This document shows, in pieces, positions 1 through 13,000 of a stretch of 37,946 nt of DNA. The translations under genes and the position numbers were made by a program. Under the pieces are notes generated by a model. That model had not been told where the DNA came from. It ran no database searches and worked only from the letters and a program-made list of their open reading frames with translations. Source of the stretch: Catajapyx aquilonaris (Eukaryota). Where the stretch lies: contig KZ538975.1 of NCBI GenBank assembly GCA_000934665.2, positions 1-37,946 on the forward strand, read 5' to 3'. How positions within the stretch are numbered: the stretch's first letter is position 1; each line of letters starts with the position of its first letter.

Positions 1-121
1 AATTACGGAGTCTTATTAAACACGTCTGTTGTAATCCACAGTTTATTTTCGACTAATGGTCACCAGGCCGTAACTATGTACATTTTCCCGGTTGTTGTTT
101 TAATATGGAAATAATGTGGAA

Positions 122-310
122 GGTGCGGTGGCCCTGATGGGAACGTCTCGGCTTGCTGTGCGAAAGGTCCCGGGTTCTAATCCCTGCCCTGGAGTTACCT
201 TTCGTCTGCGTCAGTGGGCCTCTGGCCCGCACCTAAGGAGGAGTCTTGGCAACTGGCCTCCTGGGGGACTGCACATGACCCTTTTCAGACATTGCACTTG
301 CACCCGTGTC
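122..310 (+). mobile_element. tRNA-derived SINE 5' region (truncated by N gap at 311-327)
   Basis: Pol III A-box-like TGGCCCTGATGG (129-140) and B-box-like GGTTCTAATCC (173-183) at tRNA-like spacing, followed by non-tRNA body; no clean cloverleaf. Confidence 0.6.
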
Positions 311-473
311 NNNNNNNNNNNNNNNNNCCCCCCCCCCCCCCCCCCCCATCCTTACCCTAAAATTTCCCTAATTGTCCTTGCATGGAGTCCGAAGAAAAAC
401 TTAATATTATTCAAATGGTGGTAATCAACCCCCATAAATGGGCTTCGTTCCCTCCAATGGGGTAAACGAACAA

Positions 474-503
474 AAATAAATAAATAAATAAATAAATAAA
501 TAA
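474..503. repeat. (AAAT)n microsatellite
   Basis: Directly visible tandem AAAT units. Confidence 0.9.
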
Positions 504-2140
504 GTAAAAAAAAAGAAAAAAAGGAAATAACAAGGTGGCCAGCTGCTGGGGCCCTACATTTAAGAGAAAGATAAATCCCACCTTTTCTGTACTTCATTTT
601 TGTCCTTTTTTCTTTCTTTTTTGCTTGAGCTGCCATTTTGTCATGGAAAGCTGCTAAGTTTGCTCGCCAGACGAGTGACTGGTGTATTTTTTTGCTCTAG
701 TGCCATATATCTTGAGTACCCAAGTGAGTACCACTGAAACTGCCGTGTGCTACTATTCCGATCTGCTGCATAGCAAGGTAGTAAATAATTAAATCTGGAT
801 GTCCAATATATTGGACGTCGGGTCTCAGGAGGATATGGTGCTTGGAAGGAGTGCACCAAATTTATATTATTAGTTCAGGGGAAGAACTACTAAGGTAGGA
901 GACTTTAGTCCTACTTTGTGCCTTAAAACCTATCTTTGCTTTATAGGCTTTGTTGGCACTCTGTACAATGCAATGTTACCGAGAGAAGCCACTTTTATAA
1001 ATTACTAATAAACAGCTTGGTTCTCTCATAAAAATACATTGACGCACATGCAGTCTGCTTACAAGTTGCAGCATTCTTAGTTTGAGATTGATTGGTCAGG
1101 GGAGAACTACCCGTAATGTTTACAGGGCTGATATTGCATGGCCACTGGCCCAAATAACCTTGATGAATTTTTTGGATTGGCCGAAGGAACCTTGGAGTTA
1201 TGCAGAACACTAAGTACTTTATCCCGCTTAGTCAAAGTAGGATCCCTGAAAGCAGAGGGTCTTTAATAAAAGAAAAATTAAAGTAAATAGGATTAGAAGA
1301 TAAATTAAGATGGAAACAGCATAAATAACAATTGAGTGAATAATAATGATCATACAAAAATTACCTCACAATTTTTATTATTATTTGAAGGATACTACTG
1401 CGTAGCGAGACAGTAATTAATATCAACTTTTAGATTTTGGTACCGGTACTACAGCTAAAAAAATTTAAAAAGGTCTAAAAATTGTGACTGACTCACAAAG
1501 ATGGTATTTAAACTGGCTAATTTTTATGCTGAATAAGTCATTGAAATAGAAATAGAAATATATTATAGTACATTCATCCAGTTCTTATGTGGTAGAAATC
1601 ACAGTTTACTGCATGAAAAACACTAGCTTACTTTTTGAATTATGAGGATATTTATGGAGCCTTAGAAGTTAGAACAAAGAAATTTGCACACCCCGCCATA
1701 TTGGAAATAAACAGTGTTGTTAACTTGAATGTATGTGACGATTCTCTGATATCTAAATACCATAGAAATTATTTAATTTAAAATCTGATCCTGATGTATA
1801 CTTTTGCAAGGAATTAGTCCGAAGTGACCTCTGGTAATAAGATGGTGATAAGTGATAACTACAAGTATAAAGCAGCAAAAAAATTACACCGTTTATTTGA
1901 GAGAAATTCCACAGGAGAACAGCAGTACGGTACCTGATTTTTACATGCAGCTTGTGTGGGGTTTTCCTCGTGGTAGTCATTATCCAATGTTACAATATTT
2001 GTATGTGACTGCTGCTGCTTTCAACTCTAAACTTACTCTAAAGTCTAGATATTACATTACATCCAGTGAGTACTTATTCTGACAAAAACTCCTTCCCATG
2101 ATTTATTTTAAACTTATCGCTTGCCTCTTTCACTTTGCAG

Positions 2141-3220
2141 AATGACCGCTTCTACACCCTTCCGACGGAATTGAGATTACTGATATTTAGATACCTGACT
2201 CAACATGAGCTGATAAATACAGCAGCACTGGTGTGCAAGTATTGGCGGGACCTGTCGGAAGATGCCAGCTTGTGGAAGGATGTGAGGCTAGATGGCAGGA
2301 AGATAGATGTCTTGCATATGGCAGAGTTCCTTTCGAAGATGACGCAACTACGGAAGTGCAGGCTGAATATGATGGATGCCGGGACAGATAATATCCTGAA
2401 TGCACTATGCCCATCCTTGGAGACTCTGGAACTGTATGAGGTGACTATACACCGGAGTGAAACACTGGACAGCCTTGTGGCAAAGTGTGGACAACTTAAG
2501 GAAGTGACCATGAAAGAGTGTGAAATCCCTGAGCAGAGCAGAGACCTCTTGGATACTTTCTCTGGAACGAAGATTGAAAAACTAATACTGAACCGTATTT
2601 GCCCGTCCAGACCAGCAAGCTGTTTAATGGAGAGGTCATACCCGCAGTTAACAGAAGTTAGCATACATCATGCGTCTACGGAAAGTGGAGTAACATTGCT
2701 GTTAGAGAGTGCAGGTAGTCAGTTGTTGAAGTTGAACACCCCAATGCTGAACAGCGAGGACGAGCTGGCATACCTCCAGCATTGTCCCAAACTAGAGGAG
2801 CTACATCTGACAAAGATATTCTTGAAAGACGATACCCTTTTCCATGTATTGGGCCAGATGAGCAACCTCCGTGCCCTGTCACTGACACTGACAGAGGCTG
2901 CCGACCCTGTATTCTCGCACAAGTTATTTACTTGTACAACTATAAGGCAGCTGGAGCGTATCAATCTCTTCAACTCCAGCTTTGCAGATCAAGAATGCCT
3001 ACATGCCATTGCCACAAGTTGCCCTTTGCTGACCCACCTGGATGTCAGCTGCCTAAATATCAGTGTGGAGTCCCTTCTGGAGATCATCAGCAATTGTTCC
3101 AATCTGGAGCAACTAGATGCATTGATGTGTTCTGGACTGCAGCTTACACCTAAAGATTTGTCACGAATGGCTCATCAGTTGAAACCCACCCTTGTAATTC
3201 GTTGTTCACGTAAGAGGTAA
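2141..3220 (+). CDS. F-box/leucine-rich repeat (FBXL-type) protein, last coding exon; upstream start exon unresolved
   Basis: F-box motif LPTELRLLIFRYL...AALVCKYWRDL...LW followed by cysteine-containing LRRs (CPKLEELHL, CPLLTHLDVS, CSNLEQLD). Polypyrimidine tract + CAG acceptor ending at 2140 (phase 0); the ORF-track TTG start at 2135 lies in the acceptor. Stop TAA 3218-3220. Confidence 0.9.
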   Translation, partial: NDRFYTLPTELRLLIFRYLTQHELINTAALVCKYWRDLSEDASLWKDVRLDGRKIDVLHMAEFLSKMTQLRKCRLNMMDAGTDNILNALCPSLETLELYEVTIHRSETLDSLVAKCGQLKEVTMKECEIPEQSRDLLDTFSGTKIEKLILNRICPSRPASCLMERSYPQLTEVSIHHASTESGVTLLLESAGSQLLKLNTPMLNSEDELAYLQHCPKLEELHLTKIFLKDDTLFHVLGQMSNLRALSLTLTEAADPVFSHKLFTCTTIRQLERINLFNSSFADQECLHAIATSCPLLTHLDVSCLNISVESLLEIISNCSNLEQLDALMCSGLQLTPKDLSRMAHQLKPTLVIRCSRKR

Positions 3221-3530
3221 ATTTGGGGTTAATTAGAACTGCAGTGTGTTCTGATTGTGTCAGTGTACAATAAGGCCCCTATAGATTTGACTGAAACGTG
3301 AACAAGGGTATTGATGGTGTTACCAGGTCAGGGGGACAGCTGACACTTATAAGCATTTTTTTTTTCAAGCTTCTATTCAGTCTAGATTTTGTTTATTAAT
3401 GTTTTTTAGTTGTTTATTTAATGTTTATATGATTTGGAGGTTCCCTGAGAGGACCACCAGTCCATAAGGGGACAATTTTATATACATTGTTTGATACCAT
3501 GGCTCTGATTTTTTTAAATTTTTTTTTTTA

Positions 3531-3536
3531 AATAAA
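3531..3536 (+). promoter_or_regulatory. Candidate polyadenylation signal of the F-box gene
   Basis: AATAAA about 310 nt after the stop, preceded by U-rich 3'UTR-like sequence. Confidence 0.55.
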
Positions 3537-6263
3537 AGCAAATGTTGTATACATCTACCAGAAACAGCCTTGCTTCCTCTCAATATTCAGGCATCATACC
3601 CACCCTTTTGAAAACTACTCCAACGCCATTGCTCCTTGCCCGGATTCCAAGAGCACTTATTTGCTTATTTCATCACATGCATTTCTGTTCCATGGCAAAG
3701 TGAAAGATTAATAATAATACTTCCAATGAAGAGAATCAGTTTTGCCCATCATTTTTTAAAAGTCCTGAAGTAATGAAGAATAAGAACGGATTAGTCTAGA
3801 ACAGAGACTGGTGCAAGTAGAGTTTAAACCAGGATTCAAACACTAAGCAGGATTGTACAGTACAGTCGTGCCACTGTAATCTATACCCAGTGTGTAAGTG
3901 ATGTTATTAATTATTGGTTGTTTCCAACAATCAATATCATCGATTAAAACCGAATTAGATCTACCTTAAGTGGCACAAGCTGGCCTTAACTGAGGATTTT
4001 CATTTGACTGACCTTATTATTATCATCACTCACAGTTTCATCAGGTACAAGAATATTGTTAACAGCTTAGCTACTAGATAGGCGCGAACCAAGTAGGTTT
4101 CGGCTTATGCTTACTCCCAAGGTACGGACAAGATATTTGACAAATAATAACAGCAATACTTACCCGATCTTGGAAAACAATATGGGCATTTTTGCGGTAA
4201 CGAACCAAGGTTCGGACGATTTTTTTCAACTTTCATTGTGATTTTCCATGCTTGTGGTAAACCTTTGGGGATACTTTTTTTCTATTGAGTTCCAGGTACA
4301 GAGGGCTGAATTTTGCCACAAATCCGACACAAAATATATCATTCGATAGCGCCCGAGGAGCGAGAACAAACACGGTAACGAACCCGCGAAGTTTCGAGGA
4401 CACGCACTTCTGCACCGGGTTACATTGCGTAATAACTCTGCGAATTCTAAGTGGTTTTGATGGCAGTATAGAGATGCTCTAGAGAAGAAAAGTGCGAGGA
4501 ATCCATTGGTCACCTTGCCGTACCGGTATCTGCTTTTCATTGCATCGTAGCGCAACAAAACTCACGGTAACGAACCAAGAAAAAAAGTAACGAACCAAGG
4601 CGTGCGATTTTCCACCGTTCCGAACCTTTTCAAGGGTAGTATTTGTGAGCTGTTTTACCACTTCAGGGCGTACATAATTAAAACGAGACACATCATGACA
4701 CTGACCAGTCATCAGAGGATTCTCGTGTATTGGTCGATTGAGATGGTTGGGTCGTATGACCTGGTATGACCAGGACCAGCCATTTTAGCTGCACCACATT
4801 GTAATGCATATGCATATGACTGTATAAGGAGTTATAATGTGACCATCTATAAAAATTTACTAAGCCTATAAATGAAGGTATTTGAAAATGGGTCATTTCA
4901 GTCAATTTTCCAATAAATTCAGACCTGCAAAATTTCAGATAAATGCAATTTTTTTGATTTACGGCCTATAAAAAGCGGGAGACCCTCATGACTGAGAAGA
5001 ACCAAAGACTAGCTGCCACCACCTGCCACCTTGACCGCTATAGAGACAATTAACTTCCGGACCACCCATCTTGCAGTGGCATTGTAAATAGAGGCAACTG
5101 TTTATAACATGAAGGATTCGTGAAAATTTGTTTTCAGCATCATAAATAAGAACCATTGAAGAGCTGCATCTCTCCCCCTTCATCCCAATAAAATCGGCGG
5201 TAGCATCAGGACATATCCGGATAACACATCGCGCCACTTTGATTTGTAACTTTTTACATTGAATTTGAAACCAGAGCAGCCCTCTAAAGCCGCCGTAAAC
5301 TAATTTTGACGCTAATACGAGTATATCGTATACTGTATATCTGTCCAATTCTCTGCACATGCTGTCTGCCATATTGGATCAACCATTTTGATTTTTGAAT
5401 TTCTGACATCGGATCTGAAATCAGCGCCATTGAAAACCATTACATAAAAATTTGAGCATTATTGGGCGTGGATTTGCTTATTATCTGAGCCGAGATCGGA
5501 GGGAGCACGCTCGGCGGCAGGAAAATGGCTTGGTTCGTTACCGTCCAAATAAATACATGGAGGTATGGAATTGGGCTGAATCTTGGGACACTGATGTATT
5601 ACGCGACTCCCACAGAGGTTTCCAAGTTTGACGCTCCAAATCATTGGCATAAGGTGGGTACAGGAATTTTTTGTAATTTTTGGTAACGAACCAAAGCTTT
5701 CGGATGACTCTGGTTAGTTACTGAAACTGAAGCACACAGAGATCACCCTCCGACAATTTAAGCACACCAATCGAAAGAGGACATCAAGCTGCATCCAACA
5801 GACACACTTGGGAAGTGATCGAATGAATGGCAATGCTTACAGAGGCGCCAAAAGCTGCGCGTGTCCCCAGACACCAAAAGGCCTTTGGCGCGCACAGTTG
5901 AACGTATGAGCAGCTGGTGCCAAAGAACAGCAACACTGGCCAATTTTAAGGTTGGCAATGTTTAGTAGAGATGTTGAGCATCCGATTGGTGTGATCAAAT
6001 GCGGTATTCAACGAAAAAAATAATCGTCGCTTCATGTCCGCTCTATCGCAAAAATGCCGATATGAATGTGTCCGGAACAATTTTACTCGCCTAGAAGTCC
6101 CTAAATTAATTTCCCCCAAAAAGACTATAAAAACTCGAAATTGGAGTACTGCCAACCAACTGTTAGGCAGATTTAATTTTGAAATGCGTGAAAATATGCG
6201 GAATAACAACCTTGAGAACCATGCCTGACGGATTTGCTGAAATTGTTGCGTGAGAAATAATTA

Positions 6264-6343
6264 ATACTTATTTGAGGCTTTTTGACACTTCTCGAGAAGT
6301 AAATGTGAGTTTTCCGAAGTGCCAGAAAGCTTCAAATAAGTAT
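6264..6343. repeat. Short imperfect inverted repeat (tiny MITE-like hairpin)
   Basis: ATACTTATTTGAGGCTTTTTGACACTT pairs with AAGTGCCAGAAAGCTTCAAATAAGTAT. Confidence 0.6.
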
Positions 6344-6524
6344 CACATAAATATCAAATAAATCACAACAGCTAGGAAAAACCACCAAACCAAACAACAT
6401 TATCATTGCCAAAGGAATGGCATGAATGACATAATAGTGGCTTCATTAGCAATAGTAAAAGGTACAGAGGGCGAATAAACCATTTTATGAATTTTACAGG
6501 AGAGGCAAAAATAAGTTTAAAGAA

Positions 6525-8972
6525 CGAGGGCCAGTCAAAACAAATTGATGATGTTTTTATGCGACAAAAGAGAATTAGTTCAATGCCATCGTGTCCAGAA
6601 TGAATTGAAGTATTAGAACACCAAATTTTGTTCGAATATTCCACAATCCCACGTGACAGTGACACCGGAAGTCGAGTTAGGTTCACATTTGCCTCCACTC
6701 TGCCAGGGGTCAGCAGTGAGGACCAAAATTCACCATTGAGGTATTGCTTCTGTTTGAAGAAAACAGTGACGGAGGTGTACGACATGCCAAGATTGTGAAC
6801 AGTAGATACTGGTCACCATGTGAGGTCACAAGACGTTGCAACTCTTCGCAAACCTCCACCCGCATCTGCCTCTCCTGTGATGTTAACTGCTTGGGGACCA
6901 ATCATATTGAATAAAAAAGCATCGCACGTGCAAATGGCCAATCAAAAATCGTGTGGGCACATTCTGGCAAGGTCATCGACGGTTATGAGGTGATCTTCCC
7001 CGACAATCACTGCATAGGACAGTGGTGTTAATGATTTCCTCTGTAAGAATTCGGATGGGAGTGGCAGACCTGTCTCTTTGAAAGCCTACTACGGATACCT
7101 TGCTGAATGCCTTGTACCATCTGAATGCTGCGGGACACCTCTTCACCATATCTTAGCATGTCATACGCCTCCATCACTGTTGTCTTCAAACGGAAGCAAA
7201 ACCGTCGACCTCCTGGCAGAGCCGAGGCAAATATGAACCAAACTCTACTTCCGGTGTCACCGTTGCCTGGCATAGTGGATGTTCGAACAAGAATTGATGT
7301 TCTAATACTTCAATGGGTCATTCCATGTCAGTTCGGCCCTGTTTGGACCCTTGATGTGGCGGATTTGAATGATATTCACAGGTTATGGTGACACAGCGTT
7401 GCTAAAACATTGTACCAAAGCGTTTTGATATTTTGTGATTTATACCAGTTTTTTTTTTTTTTTGGGGGGGGGGGTAATTTTGAGCCTTTTCTTTGCAAGC
7501 CATTCTTATTTGGGCTGTTTCTCCGCAACTAATCGCGACACAGATGTGCTTTTGATAACAATTTACTCAGAAAGCTTGATATAATCGTATGGTATAGTTA
7601 ATTTTAAAATATAAAATTTTTGCGTGAAAAATATTTAAATTGCAAATTTTAAACATTTAATTTTTTAAATAATATATTGATTTTTCGCTGGTTTTGAGTT
7701 ATGTTGTAGCCCTATATGTGACCTACATGTGGCCATAACAGTCACGTGTGCTAGTATAATACTAAGGGAGATTTGGCCTCATAAGTGAGACCCCCTCCAT
7801 ATGTCGTCATTATGATGGGTAGCCTACACCCAACAGGCAAATCGCCCCACCTTGCTCAGTGCAAATGTTGATATTCAAGTTGGGATGACTACCACTGCTG
7901 ACCACTGCTGAGAGTAAAACACATTTACGGCTCATTTGCCTCCCACCCCGTCCCCCAAGCAAACCCATGCCTCCCACTCCACAAACACAAATTGATATGC
8001 GTTGCAGACATTTTATCCCTCTCAGAGTTACAGACAGTACGTGAAATAAGTAGGAATAAGTTCCTGTGGTACGACACCATAATTGTAAGAAAGAACATCC
8101 CCAAATACAACAAACAAAAACACGATTTAACGCCAAAATAATTATGGTCATTAAAATCCAATACAATGGCTGAAATTCGGCATATTATTATTATAGCATC
8201 GTACACAAGTAGTACGTTCGACATGGCTTCTGACTGCGCTTTTCAATTTATTACATCTTGTAAAATTATAATAATAATAAAATGTTACCATAACAATAAA
8301 TAGTAATGAAATTAATATGAAATAAATATAGAAAATAATGAGAACAGACAGCATCAGCATGAAAATGACAAATTATTTTAACTATAAAATATTATAACAA
8401 AATGTATAACAAAATATAAAATAAAAATTTAAAATGAAAATAATCAATAGAAGAGAGCCAGTCAGAAGCAGCCTTTTAACACATTTTGTGGATCATGTTA
8501 TAATCAGCTTAATTGCAATCATGGTACAGTATGTACTGTACATAACATCAATTTTTAAAAGGGTCTCTATTATGAAATATGTAAAATTTGCAATTTAAAT
8601 ATTTTAAAATTAACCATAGCATACGATTGTATCAAGCTTTCTGAGTAAATTGATATCAAAAGCACATCTGTCTCACGATTAGTTGCGGAGAAACAGCCCC
8701 AAAAAAATCGCTTGCGAAGAAAAGGTTCAAAATTACCACCCCCAAAAAACCGGTAAAAATCTCAAAATTTCAAACCGCTTTGGTACATTTTAGCAACGCT
8801 GTGTCACCATAACCTGTGAATATCATTCAAACCCACCACATCAAGGGTCCAAACAGGTCCGAACTGACATGGAATGACCCCAATCTATTCTGAACGCGAT
8901 GCCATTCACCACAAGAACTAATTCTCTCCATAACATAAAAAATCAGTCTCAATTTGTTTTGATTGGTCCTCG
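6525..8972 (-). mobile_element. Decayed mariner derivative with long inverted arms, interrupted by a Sola2-like element
   Basis: Termini CGAGGGCCAGTCAAAACAAATTGA / TCAATTTGTTTTGATTGGTCCTCG. Minus-strand remnants FCFRLKTTVMEAYDML (mariner N-terminal HTH-like) and VPKQLTSQERQMRVEVCEEL (degenerate WVPxxL linker) are frameshifted. Confidence 0.8.
7315..8880. mobile_element. Non-autonomous DNA transposon with ~300-bp TIRs, Sola2-like
   Basis: Termini GGGTCATTCCATGTCAGTTCGG / CCGAACTGACATGGAATGACCC; 4-bp TSD CAAT at 7311-7314 and 8881-8884. GRG termini with a 4-bp TSD fit Sola2 (superfamily is inference). Confidence 0.85.
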
Positions 8973-9352
8973 CATCCTCTCAAACCACAGGATCACTGTA
9001 CGTGCACTCTTCTACCTACACATTTGTCCTTTCACCAAAACCTGCGGTGGGTGATTCCACCTAAAAATACTCATTTAGACCTTTTCTTAAAAATGGAATG
9101 TTCCCCCTTTCTCCTTATTGCCGACGATATGCGACCATGAGTGGTGGTTCACCAGGTGTGGCAGTTTCAAAGTGCCACAACTCAACTCCATAAGGGGTTC
9201 TCCAGATAACATTTTGCATGTGAGCATATGTATACAAAGATTTTACATTATGCCGTTCACAACATTTCTTCAGCCTTTCCAATTCCATCTGCCTCTATGA
9301 AATACGACAACTATAAATGAGTACCAAGAAGATCATGGTTTCTTCAATCCTG

Positions 9353-9358
9353 TTTATT
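9353..9358 (-). promoter_or_regulatory. Candidate polyadenylation signal of the LEDGF-domain gene
   Basis: TTTATT on plus = AATAAA on minus, about 500 nt downstream of the stop. Confidence 0.4.
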
Positions 9359-9851
9359 TTACTGCATAATTATATACATAAGAATGGGTCAAGAGAAGAA
9401 TAATGAAATTCAACAGCTGCCCCACATCTCCGTCACTTACATACAAACATCTACTACATCAGAGGTCTCAAACATGGGGCCTGCAGGCAGGGCCAATCTC
9501 AATTACAGCCCCATGGCTGCCCATGGCCCTATCCCAACAAGTTGGCCAGACCAACACAGTAAAGCAATTTTGTGATGAACAATAAACAAGTTCCTCTGTG
9601 CCTTTACTTATGGCTCACGTTTGAGACCTATATACAGTACTACATGATTCGGTTTTCCATCATCTGAAAGAAAAATTATGGGCAAGTTTGAACATAGAAA
9701 ATGTTTTGAAACAACACCTCACTTTCCTTGGTTAACATACAACATTGGCAAGTGTTTAACTTTAATGATAATACACAGTACTTATTTTATGAGTTGATTT
9801 CTTTCCAAAGTTCATATTCAGCACAAGTCTCTGAAAATTTGAATCTGATTC

Positions 9852-10043
9852 TTAATCTGGGCTTAGCTCCCTAAGAACTCGCTTTACACCTCTCTTCTTG
9901 CTGCAGCCAATGGGTTCAGTTGGGTCGTCAGTTAAGGCAAGCATAGTCATCTCGGGTATTCCACGAGTCAGATCTTTGAATCGATCAACGTGGGATGTGA
10001 ATACATCAGAGAATTCCCGCCCCTCTGGTACAACGAACATGTC
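9852..10043 (-). CDS. LEDGF-domain gene last exon (DMFVVPEGREFSDVF...RELSPD*)
   Basis: Acceptor ttcttcacAG at 10045-10044, phase 0; stop TAA 9854-9852. Confidence 0.88.
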   Translation of the reverse strand, partial: DMFVVPEGREFSDVFTSHVDRFKDLTRGIPEMTMLALTDDPTEPIGCSKKRGVKRVLRELSPD

Positions 10044-13000
10044 CTGTGAAGAATAACAACGGACCAGTTATTGAAGCAGTCACTTAAATTTAATAATACT
10101 TACTACTAGTGAAATTCAGACTTTTATGACTTAGGTGCAATCCTCATTGAATCCACGTGAGAAGTGTGGTAGTTGAGTGTGTGTGTGTGTGTGTGTGTGT
10201 GTGTATTAATGTGGAAGGGAAAAGGCATAAAAGAGTGCAATCACTTGGATCTCATCTCTGGCTCACACTTGGAATAAATATTTGTCCTGATACTAACAGT
10301 AAGTTCAGACTCATCTCGAAGGGATTTGTGCACTCTCACCACATGGTGGTGCCATAAGGCCAGGTATGTGTCCAGTCACTCTTTGCACCTCACTGGAATG
10401 TGGTTGTGCAACCTTTCAAATTGACATTGCCTATATTGTCCCAATGAATTGTCATCACCTCAGATATGCTCATTATCTAACAATTTGACCTTTAACACCT
10501 TCACACAGATTTTGTGCTGGATGCAGATTCTGCACCTGCTGAGTTTGCTATGGTGCGAAGATCTGTAACAGTTCCCGGCTGTATTATATAGGGTGTATTG
10601 AGAGTACAATATTAGTGTGTTACCTGAAGTCAAGGAGATAATTCTGAATCAAAAAGTTCTGTGGGATTTGGTCAAGGCTTGCTTATTTTGAATAATGGCA
10701 ATGCAAATAAAGAAGTTCAAAATCCTTGTTAATTCTTCACCATTTGCACTCAATGACACACATGAATCATTTGAACTTGACCCACTCATTGCAGCACCTT
10801 GAACATTCCTTTTTCAACAAAATGTCACAGGACTTTTCGATTCAGAATTATGGGATAAACTATTGTTTATCTGCACCTTAACAACACGGTCGGCGTTGGG
10901 CGGGCGGAGGCCTCCCAACGGTTGGCAACGTTGTATCGCAAACAATTGGGTGCCTATTGATACTGCTGCATGGTTACATGAAACTGTGCTTTATTCTTCT
11001 TTTCGGGCTTTCCGGGTTTCAATTCGGGATTTTGAGGTGATTAAGTGGATGGAATAGCATTTGTCTTACAGTTAGTGTTGCTGTATGGCTTTTTGTTACC
11101 GCAACAGTAGGCTACTGTACATTGTTGTGGCCCTGCCAGGCACGGTACGTCGCCCGTGCGTGATATTTTTAGTCCTTGCGGAGCGAAAGCGGAGCTGGGC
11201 GCTTATTGTGGGTTTCTGTATCCGCAACGTTTGCTGTCCGCCTTGCGGCGCCGCAGGCCAACGAACGTTATTGTGGCTTTGCCAAGCGCAAAGTGCACCT
11301 TCACACAGTCCCTTAAACCAACGAACTAATTGACGCCAAGTTCTGCCCGCCTCCACCCAGCTCTCCCCTCCAATCATGCCCACGACTCACTCTGCAGGCA
11401 TACTATTGCACACGCTCAGAAAACACGGCTGGTGTGACATCATGTCATTCTTTGGGTTAACGGACTGCAGCAACCATCATGGCTTTCATATTTCCCACCT
11501 CCTTCATTATAATACTGCGGCCGTAGCACTCGTCTGATCGGTTCTCGTGGCAGGGGTAAGAAGACGCCCTTTGTTATGCTCTCCCGGCAACCGGTTGTTT
11601 GCGGCGTGTAGCCAACGTGTTTGGAGTCCACGACGCCCTCCCAACCCCACCGCGTCGCTAGGTGCAGAAAAACGATAGACTTTCCGAATTATGTCTTCTT
11701 CCTATTGTATCATATTGTGTTGTCATTACTCGCAGAGTATGTGAAGGGGGTAGTAGGACAAATTAACAAACGAACAACCTAGAATGACAATAATCAATTC
11801 ATGTCCCGACCTGAGATGCAGACTCATCAGTCATTTGACTGACTTCATAAGGTATAAAGGTATTGAATTTTGAAGATTGTATTCTCTTTCATGGGATTAA
11901 AAAAAATTCTGCAGGGGGCTGGAATTTTTCTGTGAGAAAACTAATTCAGCACCAGAAAGTACTTTCAAGGACTATTAAGCAATGCCTGACCAAAATGTTA
12001 CTCTGACTGTTCTGCATTTCAGGTCTTCATGTCTTTATTTTCTTGGGGGAGATAAGGGTATGACAGGTGCCACCTGGTTGGAGAAATGGTGGACTGAATA
12101 TTCATGGCAAGCACAGCATGGCCCAAGAAGTAAGCTCCTTTACCCCTCCTTCTTTACTTCTGATGCATCATAAATAATTTGATGCCAGGGTTTTTGGTTC
12201 TTCACACATACCACGTGATCATGATACAGTGAGATAGAAGTAGATTCTTTGGAAGACCATTCCTATGCACCATGTACTTTTCGAGATTTCCGTTAGGTAG
12301 CTCTGAAGAGTACTCACATGTACTGTGAGCTAGTCGCCATGGCTCTAGTGGAGTACTGGATCCGGATGGTGAAGGGGTTAAGGGGTGAAGGGGAGTCATC
12401 TTCATAAAGTTGTTTATAAGGGGATATCAGAACATGCCAATCACAATATTTTCAGGAAAACATTATAATCCAAGTGGCACGTGGGAATGATCCTTGTGGG
12501 AACACCCCATGGGCTGTATTCTAACCAGCATGGCATCAGTGCGGAACCCTCATAGCTTTATAAATGCTACTCGCTACGCTCGGCGATGGGGCTTCCCCCT
12601 ATTTAAGCATCTTCGGCACCACGTGGACGGTCCAGAGCAGGTCCCCTCGGTCTACTTAACTCTCCGAGGCCCAGTGCAGTCCTTCCCTCTCTCCCATGTG
12701 AACAGAGCAAGCTGATTTACATGAAAATAGGTCGGAGCAGGGACGCATCCGCTCACACGACATCCACCAGTGACATCACCGCTACAGGTGAGGAGCATCC
12801 GAACGTGTTCTGACTTATTGTTCAAACAGGAGGGTTGAATGGAGGGTGGAAACAGATGTCAGTGGACGGAGGGGGTGGGTGGGCAGTAGTGCTTCTGGGC
12901 TTAAAGGGACACTCCACTCAAAATACAAGTTGGATTCTAAAAATCTGGCAAAAAATCCTGATTCCGAGGGTATAAGCAGTTTTCCTGAGAGACGAACGGT

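Noticed and set aside
122..195. Functional tRNA gene
   Set aside because: A and B boxes are present but the acceptor and anticodon stems do not pair convincingly; better explained as a SINE head.
311..348. Polyproline ORF segment and long poly-C/G runs (also ~27068 and ~31971)
   Set aside because: Homopolymers adjacent to N bases, so low-quality assembly sequence.
2187..3153. Overlapping alternative-frame and antisense ORFs in the F-box exon
   Set aside because: Shadow ORFs without recognisable motifs.
12490..12786. Solo LTR (minus-strand start TGTAGCGG)
   Set aside because: No matching second terminus with a TSD could be identified.
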